54,022 nucleotides of DNA, filler included, from Catajapyx aquilonaris (GCA_000934665.2; 3 parts of 3 records of this genome joined end to end with filler, not necessarily neighbours in it); one strand, 5' to 3'; shown: positions 1 to 13,803, numbered from the whole stretch's first letter. Program-made: numbers and translations. The notes: generated from the letters alone by a model not told the origin.

Positions 1-2345
1 CTGGCTCCCCTTCCTGGGCCACGAGCCGACGATTTTCGGCCATCCGCCGGACACGTGCCGACAAGATGGCGCTGCCAAGGGGGGAACAGGGGGTCCTCTG
101 CCCCATCCGCACCGTGGGAGCCCTCGTCCACTATACAACCTTGCTCCAAACCCCCCAGGCCACTTGCACTAACTGCTGTATGCAGCACCTAAGCCACCGG
201 ATGCAAGCCTTGTCGATCCAACCCCCCAACCACCTCTCACTCTTTCATCAGTCCCCACCATATACCGGCCATTGACGACCAATGTCACGTCTGCTTATGT
301 GTTATGGCCTTAAGCTATATACTGCACACTTGGGCTGGTGCGCAATTGAGGAATCATAAGTTAGGCATAAGTTAGGAATCATAGTTACATGTCCTGATTT
401 TCCCGCATCAGGTATTCCGAAATGCATCAGGAAAGGTGTTCATCCATCATGTTTGATATTGCGTGGAACGTGGAAGAGTAAATTACGCATGTATAGATAG
501 ATAACATGCTCCGATTTACACGTATAGAGCGTGAAGAAGGGTTAGCCGCGTATAAGCCTACACTATCAAGTTCGAAAATGAAAGCATTATTTTGTCATCA
601 GTAAACGAGTGCATTATGAAATCAGTGCATAGTTAAGTGCTGGAATTATAACTTAATGGAACGAGCTACTGTTATTTTTGATTTTCACGTAAATCCTGCC
701 GTTTCCATTTACTGCATTTTACAACTTAAGTTTCAATTTTTCTACGGAATTAATTCAACATATTATGAGCAATGTGGAATGTCTAAGAAAATAATCATAT
801 TTGGAAGAGAAAATGCGTTAATAGATTATCTTATATTTGTAGGCTACATAGAAAAGACGATAGCGGAAATGATGGCGCGGGATGCAAGTGGAAAATGCAT
901 TCTCATCAACAAGAAAATTCCCAGTTTTTCACTTATTTAAGTGTAAATTGACTGACACTCCAGACATTTTCTCAGCACCTTTAAGGTCATACTTTTATAC
1001 TTACTTAATGATAGTCTACTGTAGGCTATATGTGAAAAGTATGTAGGTGGAAAAAGCCTTTTTGAATGGATAATGAATGATCAACTATAAGTTATACTTA
1101 CTTCTGCATTTCGTTTAACATGAAAAATTCTTAATTTTTCTGTATTCCTTGCACATTGATGTCCTTTTCATGTAGGTCTAGCGGAATCAAATGTGGAAGA
1201 TATGAAAAGGATGTCAAGATGAGTCATCTATGGGGAGAACTCTTCCATCTACTTTTATATTTCCATGCTGTCTTAATTGAAGAGGAGTGCAGAACAACTA
1301 TACCCTCTCAGTCCACACATTTATTTATTGCTGAGTGGAAATTACTTTCACCCATTCCACGTGCAGAGAGAAAATATTTTCCACTTTCTTCCACTCATAA
1401 ATAAGTCGACAAAGATCGTACGGGTGTTACAGACCATTTTTTAAAAATACTTATTTACGGCATATTTTTATACAAGTACTAATGTAAAAAAGTTTAAACG
1501 TGTCTTTTCCCAAGAAAAAAATTCGCAACTCTATTACTTGTTGTTACATTGTGCTGCTTATTCGTATTTCAATTTGCCATTATATAGTCTCTGCAGAGAA
1601 TTTTGTTCCAGGTAAATACTGTAACTTGTAACGAGATAATGATCTCATTACTCACATTCTGTTCAGCCATCAGATAATGCCATAATTCTGATGCGAGGTG
1701 ATTTAATAGCGAAAAAGGAGGACATAGTATACAACTATTGTCAGATAACTGATCTTAATACAATCTGAGTCTAGTTTAATAAAATAATTATAATTGCCTT
1801 AAAGATCTACGAAAAACGTATAGGTTTCTTTACAATTTCCAGACCCTATAACTTACACTCGCCTGAATACCTCTGCAGCAAACGATCCATATATCTTCAG
1901 TAAAGTAGGATCGATGCCAACAATACCACCAGCTCGAAGCATGCGCGGTACTTCCCCCTAACAATAAGGCCCCCATCCGATTGGCCATCTCACCCTCACC
2001 ATCCCCTCCCAGCCCCCAGCTGACTGGTCCGCCCTTCCCATTGGCCCCTACTCTCACCTGCCAAAACTACCTATTTACTTAATTTCACACAAAAAATTGG
2101 TGAACTAATTCCACCTCCTTTGGACTCCCCGCAAACACACCCCGACCCCACCCCCACCCCAATGCAGCAATAAAGGGAAGGGGGGGAGGGGTAGTAAAGC
2201 TTAATTACAATCAGCATGTCCAGAGATATTGTTTGTTGCGAGAGGTGGAGGGTAGGGGATGGGGNGGGGGGGGGGGTCAAATGGCGACAGGATGGGGGGT
2301 TTAAAAGCAGGGGTCTGCGGGCCCCTGGCTGTGTAGCCAGCCAGG

Positions 2346-2520
2346 ATGCAACAGGGGCAGAATCAGGTTGTCGGAGCGCCTTCTGGTGCAGGGGGCGCGG
2401 GGGGCGGAGGGGGCGGAGGGGCCGCCGGAGGAGGGCCATTCGACCTGGGAGATTCCGTCGGGGATCTGCCCGCCTGTGCTTACGCCTGCAGAGTCCCTCA
2501 ACTCCACTTCTTGCCTACAG
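2346..2520 (+). CDS. Fer2: Fer2/HLH-13-type bHLH transcription factor, exon 1 (Gly-rich N-terminus)
   Basis: ATG at 2346, open frame MQQGQNQVVGAPSGAGGAGGGGGG..., ends at donor ACAG|GTAAAC (phase 1) and splices in frame to exon 2. The four exons total 603 nt (200 aa + stop). Confidence 0.7.
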
Positions 2521-2739
2521 GTAAACTAACAATATTTTTTAAGTGGTAATTATTGTGTAAATATTCAGCATGTAACATTATCCCGTAGAGACTTTGTATA
2601 GCCTGAAGCACTTCCAGCGTTTATCCTGGCTGCTATGTAACCTATGAGTCTCAATTGTTCACCAAAATGCCTGCATGTCAGGGGCAAAAAGAGGGAATTT
2701 TTCGAAAAATGCATGTTTTTTTTTCTTCTTTTTTCCCAG

Positions 2740-2845
2740 AGGAGCCTGGTGACCTGGGGTCGGACGAGGCCTTCTATCCGACTGGCAGCCCGTACAGGGT
2801 GCAGAGGCACGCGGCCAACATCAGGGAGAGGAAAAGGATGCTTAG
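2740..2845 (+). CDS. Fer2: Fer2/HLH-13-type bHLH, exon 2 (basic region)
   Basis: Polypyrimidine tract + CAG acceptor at 2737-2739; encodes SPYRVQRHAANIRERKRML; donor AG|GTGAGT (phase 2). Confidence 0.92.
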
Positions 2846-4124
2846 GTGAGTGTCTCAGCCTCTCCTCTGAGTGTCATACTTCGTCATGCTTGCCTGGCAC
2901 ACTCCATGATCCAGCAAGGATTGTTTCTTTTGCGATTATTGTCGCACACGAAGGGTTTTTTTTGTAAATGGAAAATTATTGCTCATAGTAAGTGGCTGGT
3001 GCTGTGCTGTCAACAAAGTGTCTTCTTGCAATGACTTCGTTACTACTTTATTATTGGTATAGACCGTTCCATTTAGTTATGCGCACCATCGCATAGAGAA
3101 TACCTGACACCGAGTTATATTTTGGATTAAAAAAAACCCTTAAGCTAAATTACGGGTATAGGCCTGCTCGTTAGTGCACCATATCTACTCACAGATACTT
3201 GCTAACTCGTAAGTACTTCAAGAGGTAGTAGACTACGTATTAAAATCTAGCAATGCAGGATAATTATATATCTTTAGGCCGGGTGTATCTAGTTAAAATT
3301 GTTATTATAGATTTCTGCAAGTGACGTAAAGGTAGCTTAATGATGTATTTCTCATAATATTGCACTTCCCGGTGTCTCTGAACCATGTAAATTGCACCTC
3401 TTTAGATTTCGCATAACCGAAATATGCTTTTCAAGGCACGTTGTCTAAAAGTGGGTACTAAAAGCTTTTGACATTCAGCATAGTGTTAAATTATTCACTT
3501 CCTGTTGTTTTCACTTGTGACGTGAAGTTTGGACAAAAATGATAAAATGAGGCAAACGGAAGAACTTGATCAGTAACATGATGACCCGATACCATACTGT
3601 CGACAGATAAACAACATGCGTGCTCTGTTTTTAAACAATTATCCGACTGCACATTCCATTAAATTTTCATGCAGCATAATCAATTGACAGCATGGCTTGA
3701 TACCCCTTCAGACAAGTAGAATATATTATCATCAACATAACTGACGTACAGAACCTTCTCCACAATAGGATAAGAAGCTTGCTTGCTTTTACAATGCACT
3801 GGTCAATTTTTTCGCGCGTCTGACAATGCTGAAAATGTCTTTTTTATTATTCATATTGGAATTCTTCGTTCCGCGATACAAAAGAGGGCGGAAAAAACCA
3901 AAGGCATTTAGGAGAAATGCACTTGCGTAAGGTGTCTCAGTGAACAGTCATGCAGCAGTTTGCAGTTTCCAAATCGAAAGTTTGATACCCAAGCGAGTGT
4001 TAGAGTATATTATTCTGCATACATTGGTTCTAGCAATCGCAATTTATTACCTGCTCACGGGGGCTAGGGACGGATAAATGTATGCACCACGTAGGTGAAC
4101 TGATTCTTTCCACAAGGTGCTGTG

Positions 4125-4665
4125 CATAGTGATTCTCTCGAATGGAAACCCAAACATTCCTCAATAACTTTTTAACTATGGTATGGTTCCCGGTGAAATT
4201 TGACATGTACTTACCTTGTATCATGCCAAACAAGGTCCGACTAAAGAATATACCAAAAGTGGTCCCCTCCAGCATCCAGGAATTTTTAAATGCGAGGCTG
4301 CATATTGCCGAAGACTCCTGCCGACTGGCGGCGGGGATGGCTCAATCTCCAGCCCGCCCGCCCGCTTGGCGATGGGGAATCTCAAGGCAACAGTCCCTGT
4401 TGCCTTGGGATTCCCCCTCGCCAAGCGGGCAGGCGGCCGGGGATGGATGCCATGGCCGCCGAGAATCAGCAGGAGTCTTCGGAAATATGCAGACTCGCAT
4501 TAAAAAATTCCTGGATGCTGGACGGGACCACTTTTGGTATATTCTTTAGTCAGACCTTGTTTGGCATGATACAAGGTAAGTACATGTCAAATTTCACCGG
4601 GAACCATACCATAGTTAAAAAGTTATTGAGGAATGTTTGGGTTTCCATTCGAGAGAATCACCATG
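4125..4665. mobile_element. Fully palindromic MITE (~541 bp) in Fer2 intron 2
   Basis: Left arm CATAGTGATTCTCTCGAATGGAAACCC... is the near-perfect reverse complement of the right arm all the way to a 3-nt centre at 4394-4396; TA follows the right end. Confidence 0.9.
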
Positions 4666-4946
4666 TACTGTACTTCAGTAATGTCGATCTACTGTAAGAA
4701 CGAACAAGAGCTCCATAAGCGCAACGCTGATTAATATTGACCGTGCCAGTATGATAAACCAATGCCGAGACCAGAACATATAACTGCAACAAACATCAGC
4801 CAGATATATCTATCAAACCAAATCCAATAGTACCCGAACTGAGATAAGTCTCTGTTCGATCAAGTTTTGAAGTCCATTATGATACATAACCTTACAAAAT
4901 ATTCTCCCGAGCACCGAAGCAACGACCTGGATTTTTAATAGAAACC

Positions 4947-5203
4947 AATTGAAGGGGTTAGTGCCATAACGTGCTAAGCCACACTTTTGTGTTTTTTGAG
5001 CTTGCACGTGTCTGAAAGTCCCACCATCGTGCTTCACAAGTGGGCATCACGTAGTTAGAAAAATTCCCCATAGATCACGAGAAAATCACGAATAATGTTC
5101 CTTGTTTTGTATGATTTGCCATGTTAAGCCAAACTTTTGAAAGCCCATATCTCAGAATGAAGGTTTTGTGGCTTAGCACGTTATGGCACTAACCCATTCA
5201 ATT
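4947..5203. mobile_element. MITE with ~37-bp terminal inverted repeats
   Basis: AATTGAAGGGGTTAGTGCCATAACGTGCTAAGCCACA ... TGTGGCTTAGCACGTTATGGCACTAACCCATTCAATT; exact ends and TSD uncertain. Confidence 0.8.
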
Positions 5204-6390
5204 AGTTACGCTAACTTGTCATCGCCTGTCAGAAACATTCGTCAATAAAGTAACTGACACGCAATTTTTGTTGAATATTGTACAGTTGTATAGGTTAGCA
5301 TTTTTGTAGGTCAAGCAATAAAACAATATTCAATAGCACCTGAGGTGGTGACTCTTAAGCAAACTATTCTGACCAATGAATAAACATGTCATGGAGAAAA
5401 TAATTGGCGTAATTTTCATAATGGTGACACTACATTTATTAAAATGGAAAGCATAACCAAGCACTGCTCTTTTGCAAGTATAATAGTAGTGGTCCATTGC
5501 TGCTTATACCAAATGTTCCCTGGTCCAATCCGAGATCTTATTGGCGGATATTCCGTACAATGTACACAATTTATCAATTTATTGAAAGGCGTGATGAATT
5601 CCTCGCACATGTATGTGCACACGTAGTGACTCTTTCAGTGCCAGGATGTCACCAAGAGAACACACACGGTATTCTCTAATGTATACGTGAGCTGACTGAG
5701 TCACACTGACACACATTTAATAGGATATTTAAAATGAAACCTACAGCACAATATTCCATGAATATATTTAATTAGTAATACAAATACAAACCTATATTAC
5801 AGGGTCTTTAGGAGAGCCCCTAATACTTTTATATGCAAGTACTTGCGGGTAAAATTATTCTCGAATAATATTTATTTTTTGCACTATGCTACATGCATCC
5901 AGTTACTCTTACGATATCGCCCTTATGCAACACCACCATATTGCATATTCTCCTTATTGCTGATAATATACGTACAGTATATATATTTGAGTATGTAAAT
6001 AGTACTTGTATGTGTGTCCTTATATAGTCAAACATACCACATTCTATGCAGCTTATATATATAAAAAAGTATGAACTGAGGGATGAGATTTTTGTCTACA
6101 CATACTTGAGGTTATGTAACTGATGTATGTACAGAACCTATATTTGACATCTGGCAAGTAGAACAGAAAGTTGTTGTTTTGAGCATATGACTTAAATATT
6201 ACAACTTCAAAAGCCACTTTCTATTATGTCTTCTTGCACATATAAAATCAAACCATTGCACTATCATGTCAAAAAAAATGAAGTTGTTCCACCATCAGGC
6301 TATTTTACCAGAAAGCTACGCCAGTAATGTCTCTGCTCCTATGCTAATGTATTCAGTACATGCTCGACCTTGAAGATGACCTCTGATATA

Positions 6391-6755
6391 CAGGGTGATC
6401 AAACTTTTTTGTCGTTTTAGTTATTGACAAATTCGGCCTAAGCTGCTTATATTGTAGCCCGTTCCCTGGCAACCCCATCCGTCGGGCCAGTTCAAACATC
6501 AGCCCATGAAGAGCGCTTTCATTGTTGCCACTGTTTACAAATCGAGTGAGTGAGTGCGGAGGCAGAAGAGACCCGTCGCTGGGTCGTCCGCGTCACTCAC
6601 TCGATTTGTAAACAGTGGCAACAACGGAAGCAGTCTCCATGGGCTGATGTTCGAATTGGCCCGCCGGACGGGGTTGCCAGGTAATGGGCTACAATATAAG
6701 CAGCTTAGGCTGAATTTGTCAATAACTAAAATGACAAAAAAGTTTGATCACCCTG
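6391..6755. mobile_element. Tc1/mariner-type palindromic MITE (365 bp), TA TSD
   Basis: TA|CAGGGTGATCAAACTTTTTTGTC...GACAAAAAAGTTTGATCACCCTG|TA; the arms are complementary nearly to the centre. Confidence 0.9.
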
Positions 6756-7737
6756 TATATTGGGAGTAGAAACATCACTGAATTTCCAGAGAGGTCATGA
6801 GTTGTAGGAACATCTCAATGAGAATGGTGTTCATCTTGTAGGCCGTGATAGTATCTCAGCTACTGTGTCAGTTCTGCTGAAATCCAGATATATCAGGATT
6901 GTTAAAAGCATACCACATCTCTTTGGAAGGCCACTGTCATTATGAATATGATGGCATGTCAATATTATTAGGCCTTGTAATTCAAGAAGTATTTATACTC
7001 AAGGTAAGGTGCTCCACACCAAGTGTGTTGCAAATAGGATGGCCAATTACACCCACAGAATTATGAGCCAGGAAGGCAATTCCTTGGATCTTTCTGAGGG
7101 GAAACAACTGCTAACTTCAGTGCATGTGCACATTAGCACATATGATTGGGGTTTGCACAAATTCTTCATAATTACAGATGAATTATATACCTGGTGTAAA
7201 ACACATCCATAGATTTTCTCCCAACCTATTCCAAGCCAAAGGTATATAGTCCACATTGCACATCACTATTGGTTGGGAGACCTGTTTCAAGGGTGTGGCA
7301 GTAAATAATGTTGGTAGCATCACCGTGTGAATTATGAAGAATGTTCTACTTGTTATGTCACCTCTCAATCACCTGTGACAGTTGTTTTCTTACTAGTTGC
7401 TGAACCTGTTACTCACACCACCAAATCTGAACTACCAGAAACTACCAGCCAAGAGTAACTTCAAATACTGTATTGAGGTATTGGAATAGGCCAAGGAAGT
7501 GACTTACCTGCACGTTACATAGGAGTCAATGACTATCCTGTAAAAAATATATGAAAGGGAATAAGAACATGAAACTAGGTGTCGTTGCAAGGAGACTGAA
7601 ATAGGTGGTACAGCTCATAACTCAGTCGAAGGGTTGGGATGAGTGTAAGTTGGAGGATGACGGAGTAGAGCCGGGGAAAGGGCGCGAAGTGCCCCCTTTT
7701 TCGGTCATGGCCCCCCTAGCGCCCCCCCCGGCAGCAG

Positions 7738-7949
7738 CATCAACTCGGCCTTCGACGAGCTCCGAGTACATGTGCCCACCTTCCCCTACGAGAAGCGACT
7801 CTCCAAGATCGACACTCTTCGCCTAGCCATTGCCTACATCGCCCTTCTAAGAGACGTCTTGGCATCTGACATGGACCCCCTGACCTTTGTGGAAAGGAGC
7901 CTACGAGGGGAGCTCAAGGGAGAGAGAGCCACTGAATGGAATACCTCTG
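7738..7949 (+). CDS. Fer2: Fer2/HLH-13-type bHLH, exon 3 (helix-loop-helix)
   Basis: Encodes (S)[41 protein letters not shown], the p48/Fer family HLH; CAGCAG acceptor; donor G|GTCTGT at 7950. Confidence 0.93.
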
Positions 7950-8213
7950 GTCTGTAAAATTCCACTCTAGCTTGTTTGCATATCTCCTGAAATGTGCATG
8001 AGCCATGAGTGCAACATAATAATGCATTGAATTAGTGGTTACTGATGCTTACCAAGTAATAATTCAGAAACCTACCTGAAATTTATGCAATTTGCTGATT
8101 TCAGCATCAGTAGCTTGCGCCTTGCAAGAGATATGAATACAAGTTGTATTTCCATGGGATTCAGGCTCCCTACGCAAATGTGACATAAAACCCCCAACTT
8201 GGTTACTTCACAG

Positions 8214-8323
8214 ATTTGACTGCACGCCTCTCATGGATCAACTGGGAGAACCTGGGAGTTAACCCAAACAGGCGGGCAGTGCTGGCTGGTTTAACCCTCT
8301 CTGCTGATGTCGTAACAGGGTGA
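8214..8323 (+). CDS. Fer2: Fer2/HLH-13-type bHLH, exon 4 (C-terminus)
   Basis: CAG acceptor 8211-8213; splicing gives WNTS-DLTARLSWINWENLGV, the C-terminal motif I recognise in Fer2-like proteins; TGA at 8321-8323. Confidence 0.88.
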
Positions 8324-11211
8324 CCTGACAAAATTAACCCTGCGGGTTACAAGTGCAATGTAATATATGTCATTTAGCCTCTCATTCCATTCTGCAGTCA
8401 TAATTTTGCACCTTCTTTTGCCCCTCATAAATAATTAGTACAGCCACTCTATCTCACTCCCAATTGTTATTTACACTGACAATGTACAAGTTGGTCTTTT
8501 TAAAAGTGTACCCCAATCATTTCTTTCCCCCATAACACTGTGTGTATGTGTATGTGTGTATATATACATATACACAAACAGAACTATAAAGCATGATACT
8601 TGACATCAAAAAGTTTGACAACGATATAAGTGCATGAGAGAAGAGAGAGAGATTGAGATGAAATGAAGAAATCACACTTGGTCAGATGAATATCCCTTCA
8701 CTTGCACACCAAAAACAATATCACGAACTTGGGAATTTCTTTTCCAGGTTCCCCCTCCAAATCATTCATTCCAATCTTCTTGAAAATACTGCTGCGTAAC
8801 ATTTAAAGCCAACATGGGAACGCTCTCTTAGGCCTGTTGAACCACTGCTTGGTCCTGCAGGGTGCGAACTACATAATTCACACTTTTCCTGAAGTCATTC
8901 TGTACCAACCACAACAGGCAACAGTTAAGCAATTCTGCCACTTTTCAAGACAACAAAAAAATAATGGCCTGAAACCTGTGCGGCATAAGTTCTTGCCACA
9001 ATCGCCCATTTTATACTTGCACATAATGTCTTCCAGGCAAATTACGAAAGCAAATTCCTTACCCTCATGTCACAGACTTAAGTGTAGCCAACCTCACTTC
9101 ATCTTTGGTGTGAGCATGTTCTCCGAAGAAGTCAGAAGAATCCCCGAGTTTCCCAAGGAATGTTTTCAGGAACTGGTGCAAACAGGTCATACGGATACAA
9201 GGTCAGTAACAAAACAAAATTGAGAGTTCAAAAGTATGATTTTGGTAAAGGTAGCGTTTTATCACAGTTGGGAGCAGATCGGATAGACTAACCAGGTGTC
9301 TCTGCCACTCTAGGGGTCCTGGTTTAAACTAAAATAAAGTGAAGCACATAAACGTCCAAATTAAAATGCTCTTTTGCATTTCAAGGAGGTCATATAATGA
9401 ATTAGTGCACTTCAAAGACAGTAATAACATGACACAATGAAATACATACATATTGTCACTGCGAAGATGTCAACTAATTATTATAATATGCAGGTCTGCA
9501 TTGGTTTTTGATATTCACTGTACCTAAAAAGGCTTTTCACCAATCACTAAGCAATTGTTTCCATCTTAACACATCTACGGCATGAGCAAATTATAAATGT
9601 GGAATGGAAAACAGAACTGTGGTACATGTGCCTAACAGTTACTAACACTAATAAATAAATAAATAAGCTTATATTAAGTTCATGTTAAGGCACATATTAA
9701 ACCTTTCAAGTCAAGCATCATGTACCCAAGAAAGTAGGCAAACGTTACCTTTGCATCAGAAAACATCTGATTACTTTAATGAAATTTTTTTCGCGTATTG
9801 CCTTGCTGTGAAAATATATTTCTGCATCAGTAGACAGATGAATATGTATCTTAATAAATAATTTGGCACCATCTACATAAAACTGATGGAAGAAAAACAA
9901 TTACACTAAATGATATTTTGTAATCATGATTAACCAGCCTTTTCAGAAAGCTCCACACTTTGATATTCATACTGCTTTACATTGAAATGTAATGGTCATT
10001 TGACCTAAAAAAAATCTTGGCACAAAAGATGAAGGTAAGAGGAGCAGCTTTTGATTTACATTGACTGGCGGAAATCTTTCCTATTAGCTCGGAATTTCAA
10101 TGCACACACTGTCTTGAAACTCGTCTATATTTTAATAAACTCCTAAGGTGCTCTCCCTTCAATGAAAAGGTACATGAAACAGTTTGAAATTAAAAGGCTA
10201 AAAGAGTGGCAATAAAATAACATGAGAGTGACACAATATTGTTATTTCACTTAATGGTTTCTCCAAAGAAATGCATGCCTGCAGGAAATCTGTACCTAAG
10301 CCCTAATGCACAAGGGCAACAGTCTACAGATACAGCTACAACTAGGAAATATTTCATTTTTCATGATAAGGCATTACATTTGATTACACATGCCACCTGC
10401 TCTTCCACCACAAACCCTAAGAGTCTGATTACTATAAAATATAGACATTCTCGCTGCCCGAAAGAACTACAAAAAATACTGGGAAATCATTCAGGAGATC
10501 AAAACTCACTCTATCCTTGGCATGTTTGTATAGCAATGTACACTCGTAAAATGACTCACGTATCTCTTAAGCCTTGATTTCTGCATGTGAAACTTGAACA
10601 CATAACAAGGTACAGATTCCTAGAGGCATGTAAAATCGCATGGAATCAGATATTGGAAGTAGGTCAACTGGGTAAACATAAAACAATGTTCTATGCTTTG
10701 GTTTCCATTGCACCCACATTTTCTTAGTCCTTAAAAATATGAAGGAAAGGATGGAGTAGAAAGTCATGTGCTGTTGATTAGGATTGCATATGGCAAGATT
10801 TCTCTCACTAATGATTCCACCTATCCTATCAGGCTTAACAATGTCCTCTTTCTCCATCAACATGTCAAGAAAAAGTTGCCTGCCTGGTGTTTATCACGGC
10901 ACATAAATTAGGTGATCCCATGGCCGAAGCAGATCACGGCCCCTTGTCCTGTTTCATAAAGTTGTGATCTTCATAGAGCTGGGCATTTGCCACCTTCCCC
11001 TACTCCCACAAATCCCTCCTCAGTGGAAGAGCTACAATTGTGCCAAACCTATCACCTGTTGCCTTAATTAAAGGCCTGGTTTTACCAACTCAAATACTGA
11101 TTTACTGTATTTAAAAAAAAAAAGCCACAAATGTTACTCCTTTTCAATCCAAAGCTGGAACTACAGGCTACTGGCAGAGACACCTAGCTAGGGCAGGTTG
11201 CTGAAATGAGG

Positions 11212-11554
11212 TCACCTGTTCAGTTTGGGTGCAGGGGGCGAGGTTTGGGATGACGAGGTTGATGATGCATGAAGTCTTCTGAAGAGTTCTGGTAGGTGAT
11301 GTTGTGGGAAGAGTGTGGCCAGCACTCCCTCCAGTAGCACCAGGATCAAGCGACGGTTTAATACTGGGTGCTGGAACAGCTCAAATGCCAAGAGGAGACC
11401 CTGGCGTGTGGTCTCACTGCCCAGTATGTGGCGGAGTTCATCTGATATGCCAGCAAGCAGAGCAGCCTTGGCAGCCACACGGGTACGTTGCTTTGTTGCC
11501 TCATCTCGAGGGTTAGGGGGAAGTGCCAGGGAACCGTTGGGCCACACAGTTTGT
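11212..11554 (-). CDS. SNX13: Sorting nexin-13, last exon (Nexin_C/PXC domain end)
   Basis: WPNGSLA...RTRVAAKAALLAGISDELRHILGSETTRQGLLLAFELFQHPVLNRRLILVLLEGVLATLFPQ closely matches the SNX13 C-terminus; AG acceptor at 11556-11555 (phase 2); stop at 11212. Confidence 0.92.
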
Positions 11555-12533
11555 CTTCAAGGAGTAATAAATAGAAATTAGTCATCCACATAAAAATAAC
11601 AATATTGATGATTGATACTCTGCAATATTAGGACTTTTGCCTCTCCAGGCCTCCTGTTCTCAGTACTCAACTATATTCATAGCATTTAATCGGATGGTTT
11701 TTGAGGAAGGATGAAGATATGAGAACTCACACAGAGAAAAGCAATCAACACTGTTTCAACATTAATCCTCTGTCCAATCGAAGATCATATTCACTGTCTG
11801 AGACCTGTCAACAATTGTGTCTAAACTACTTTCACTAGTACTGTAGGCCTACTGTCCCAGTTAATCCAGGTAATACTTGACTATAAAATTCCAGCCTCTG
11901 CCTTGAATGTCTGGAATACTTTCAATTAATCAACCCATTCTTTGACTACCCTTTAAAGAGTTTAAACAATGTGCCTGCAAAATCATTTACTCCAGAACAA
12001 AAACCACTAAGAATGAATTGCTTATAACAAGACACTGAAGACAGAGTGTATGTCTTTGCCCTTATAGCATCCGCAGGTCGCCGAGTTTTTAATCCTCATT
12101 ACTACTGCTCTCTAGAATAAGCAGTTCATTGCTTTTGCAAGCACCATTCAAAAATATCACATGTTGCACTGCCCACCCATGACAACACTGAACACTTCAG
12201 CTCTTCTCTGCATGTGATAATTTGAAATTATCTTGCCTTTGCAGTTAGTTTGGTCTAAAGTATAACTAACAGTGCAGATTGTTCTACTCACTGTCAGTCA
12301 GAGCAAACCAGCTATAATCAGAGCTGCTGCACTATGTAAGTGTGACAATGTAAAATATGACAGAAATATGTCGCAGGCAAATGTTTCTAAGTTTCGAACA
12401 TGGCAGTTATAATATCACTGCATGGCATTCAAAATTATTGTACAGCTTTGGTGTTCATTATTTCTTCTTCCAAACCTGTCTCACGGGACAGCGAAACTTT
12501 ATTTCAGCTTTCCTTTCACACATAAATTTTTAA

Positions 12534-13003
12534 CCCTTAACTACGTAGGTGGGCGAAACACCTTTAACTATGTAGGTGGAGCCTGAGAGGCTCCAACGGT
12601 ATATTTAAATTTCTGCTTATCAACTAAATTGTTATATTAGACTTTTCATATACAGAAAGTGCAGTTCAGATCATTAGGCTTCCGAAAACGTAAAAATCAC
12701 ACGCTGAGTCAGCATATTCCGCCAGGGAAAAATTCTTAATGAAAAGGTTACATCATGCTTGAGCCGCTCAGGCTTCACCTACGAGATATAGAGCCTGAGC
12801 GGTTCCAGGAGGGACCTGTTCCTCGGTACGAATTTTTTTAACCAAAGAATAGGGAGCAAAAAAAAATTTCTTTCCTTTTCATGCTTAGGAAGATTTTTCT
12901 GACAAAGTCATGGAAGGACAGGGGAAAATAAAATTCAATGAAAAAGTTACATGCGTTTAAATAGTGCTTGGAGCCTCTCAGGCTCCACCTACGTAGTTAA
13001 GGG
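12534..13003. mobile_element. piggyBac-type non-autonomous element (470 bp) in the last SNX13 intron
   Basis: TTAA|CCCTTAACTACGTAGGTGG...CCACCTACGTAGTTAAGGG|TTAA, with internal GAGCC-TGAG/CTCA-GGCTC subterminal palindromes. Confidence 0.88.
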
Positions 13004-13146
13004 TTAATAGGGTATAAAGTCTTCACGAATTTTTGCCATTTATCCCAGTTCTCAACTATGAAAGGCTCAAAAGACAACATAGGAATTAATACACTTGTAC
13101 TTTTTATCACCATTTACATGTATTTCAGATCATTAAGCACACTTAC

Positions 13147-13604
13147 TTGAAGGCGCGCAAGTATTCTGCAACGCGGTCAGGTCCTGTGAGGAAGGCGACG
13201 TACTCAACAATCCTCCTGTTGACAATGTCCCCAAACATGGCCTTCACAATCTGCCTGAGAATGGCAACTATTCTCCTTCTCAGCCACTGGTTTCTTGATT
13301 TAAGGTCAAACACCTCATCCATCAGCAGCAGCATGATCCTTAACGGGATGTTGTCATCATCAACATCCAATGATGCCCCCACTTTGGAGGCTGCTTCACT
13401 AGTCAGGTGGGGAGGAATGTAAGTTGAGGTGCAGGGACCCTCCCCTTCCCCAGGTCCTCCTGCCCCTTCCACAGCAGCTGATCCCTTCCCAAAGGCACCT
13501 CTGAGCCCATCCATGACTCCATCAACACGTGATGAAACACTCTCTGGAACACTCTTGACAGCCTGGGTCACACTCCTTAGGCTCTCTCTCACCAAGGAAT
13601 CCAA
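13147..13604 (-). CDS. SNX13: Sorting nexin-13 exon (Nexin_C/PXC domain)
   Basis: DDNIPLRIMLLLMDEVFDLKSRNQWLRRRI is characteristic of SNX13; CACAG acceptor and AA|GTAAGT donor, phases consistent with neighbouring exons. Confidence 0.93.
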
Positions 13605-13803
13605 CTGTGGAGCCAGAACAAAATGACTGTGTAATAACCATCACAATAACCATGTGCAGGGAAAGATTAAGGGTCCAGCCTCATAATTTTTCAGCATCTT
13701 GCATCACTAACGAAAATATTGCCCTGCTGGATCTTGAGACATAATGTAAACTAGAATAAAACAATAGCATAAAATATGATTTCACTATTATAATATTGTA
13801 GTG

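Noticed and set aside
4030..4697. Several 67-135 aa ORFs with mirrored peptides on both strands
   Set aside because: They arise from the palindromic MITE; no transposase or other domain is recognisable.
9268..9332. tRNA or tRNA-derived SINE head
   Set aside because: Only a loose B-box-like GGTTTAAAC; no convincing cloverleaf or second copy.
8324..11211. Overlapping 3' UTRs of convergent Fer2 and SNX13
   Set aside because: Possible, but polyadenylation sites cannot be fixed from sequence alone.
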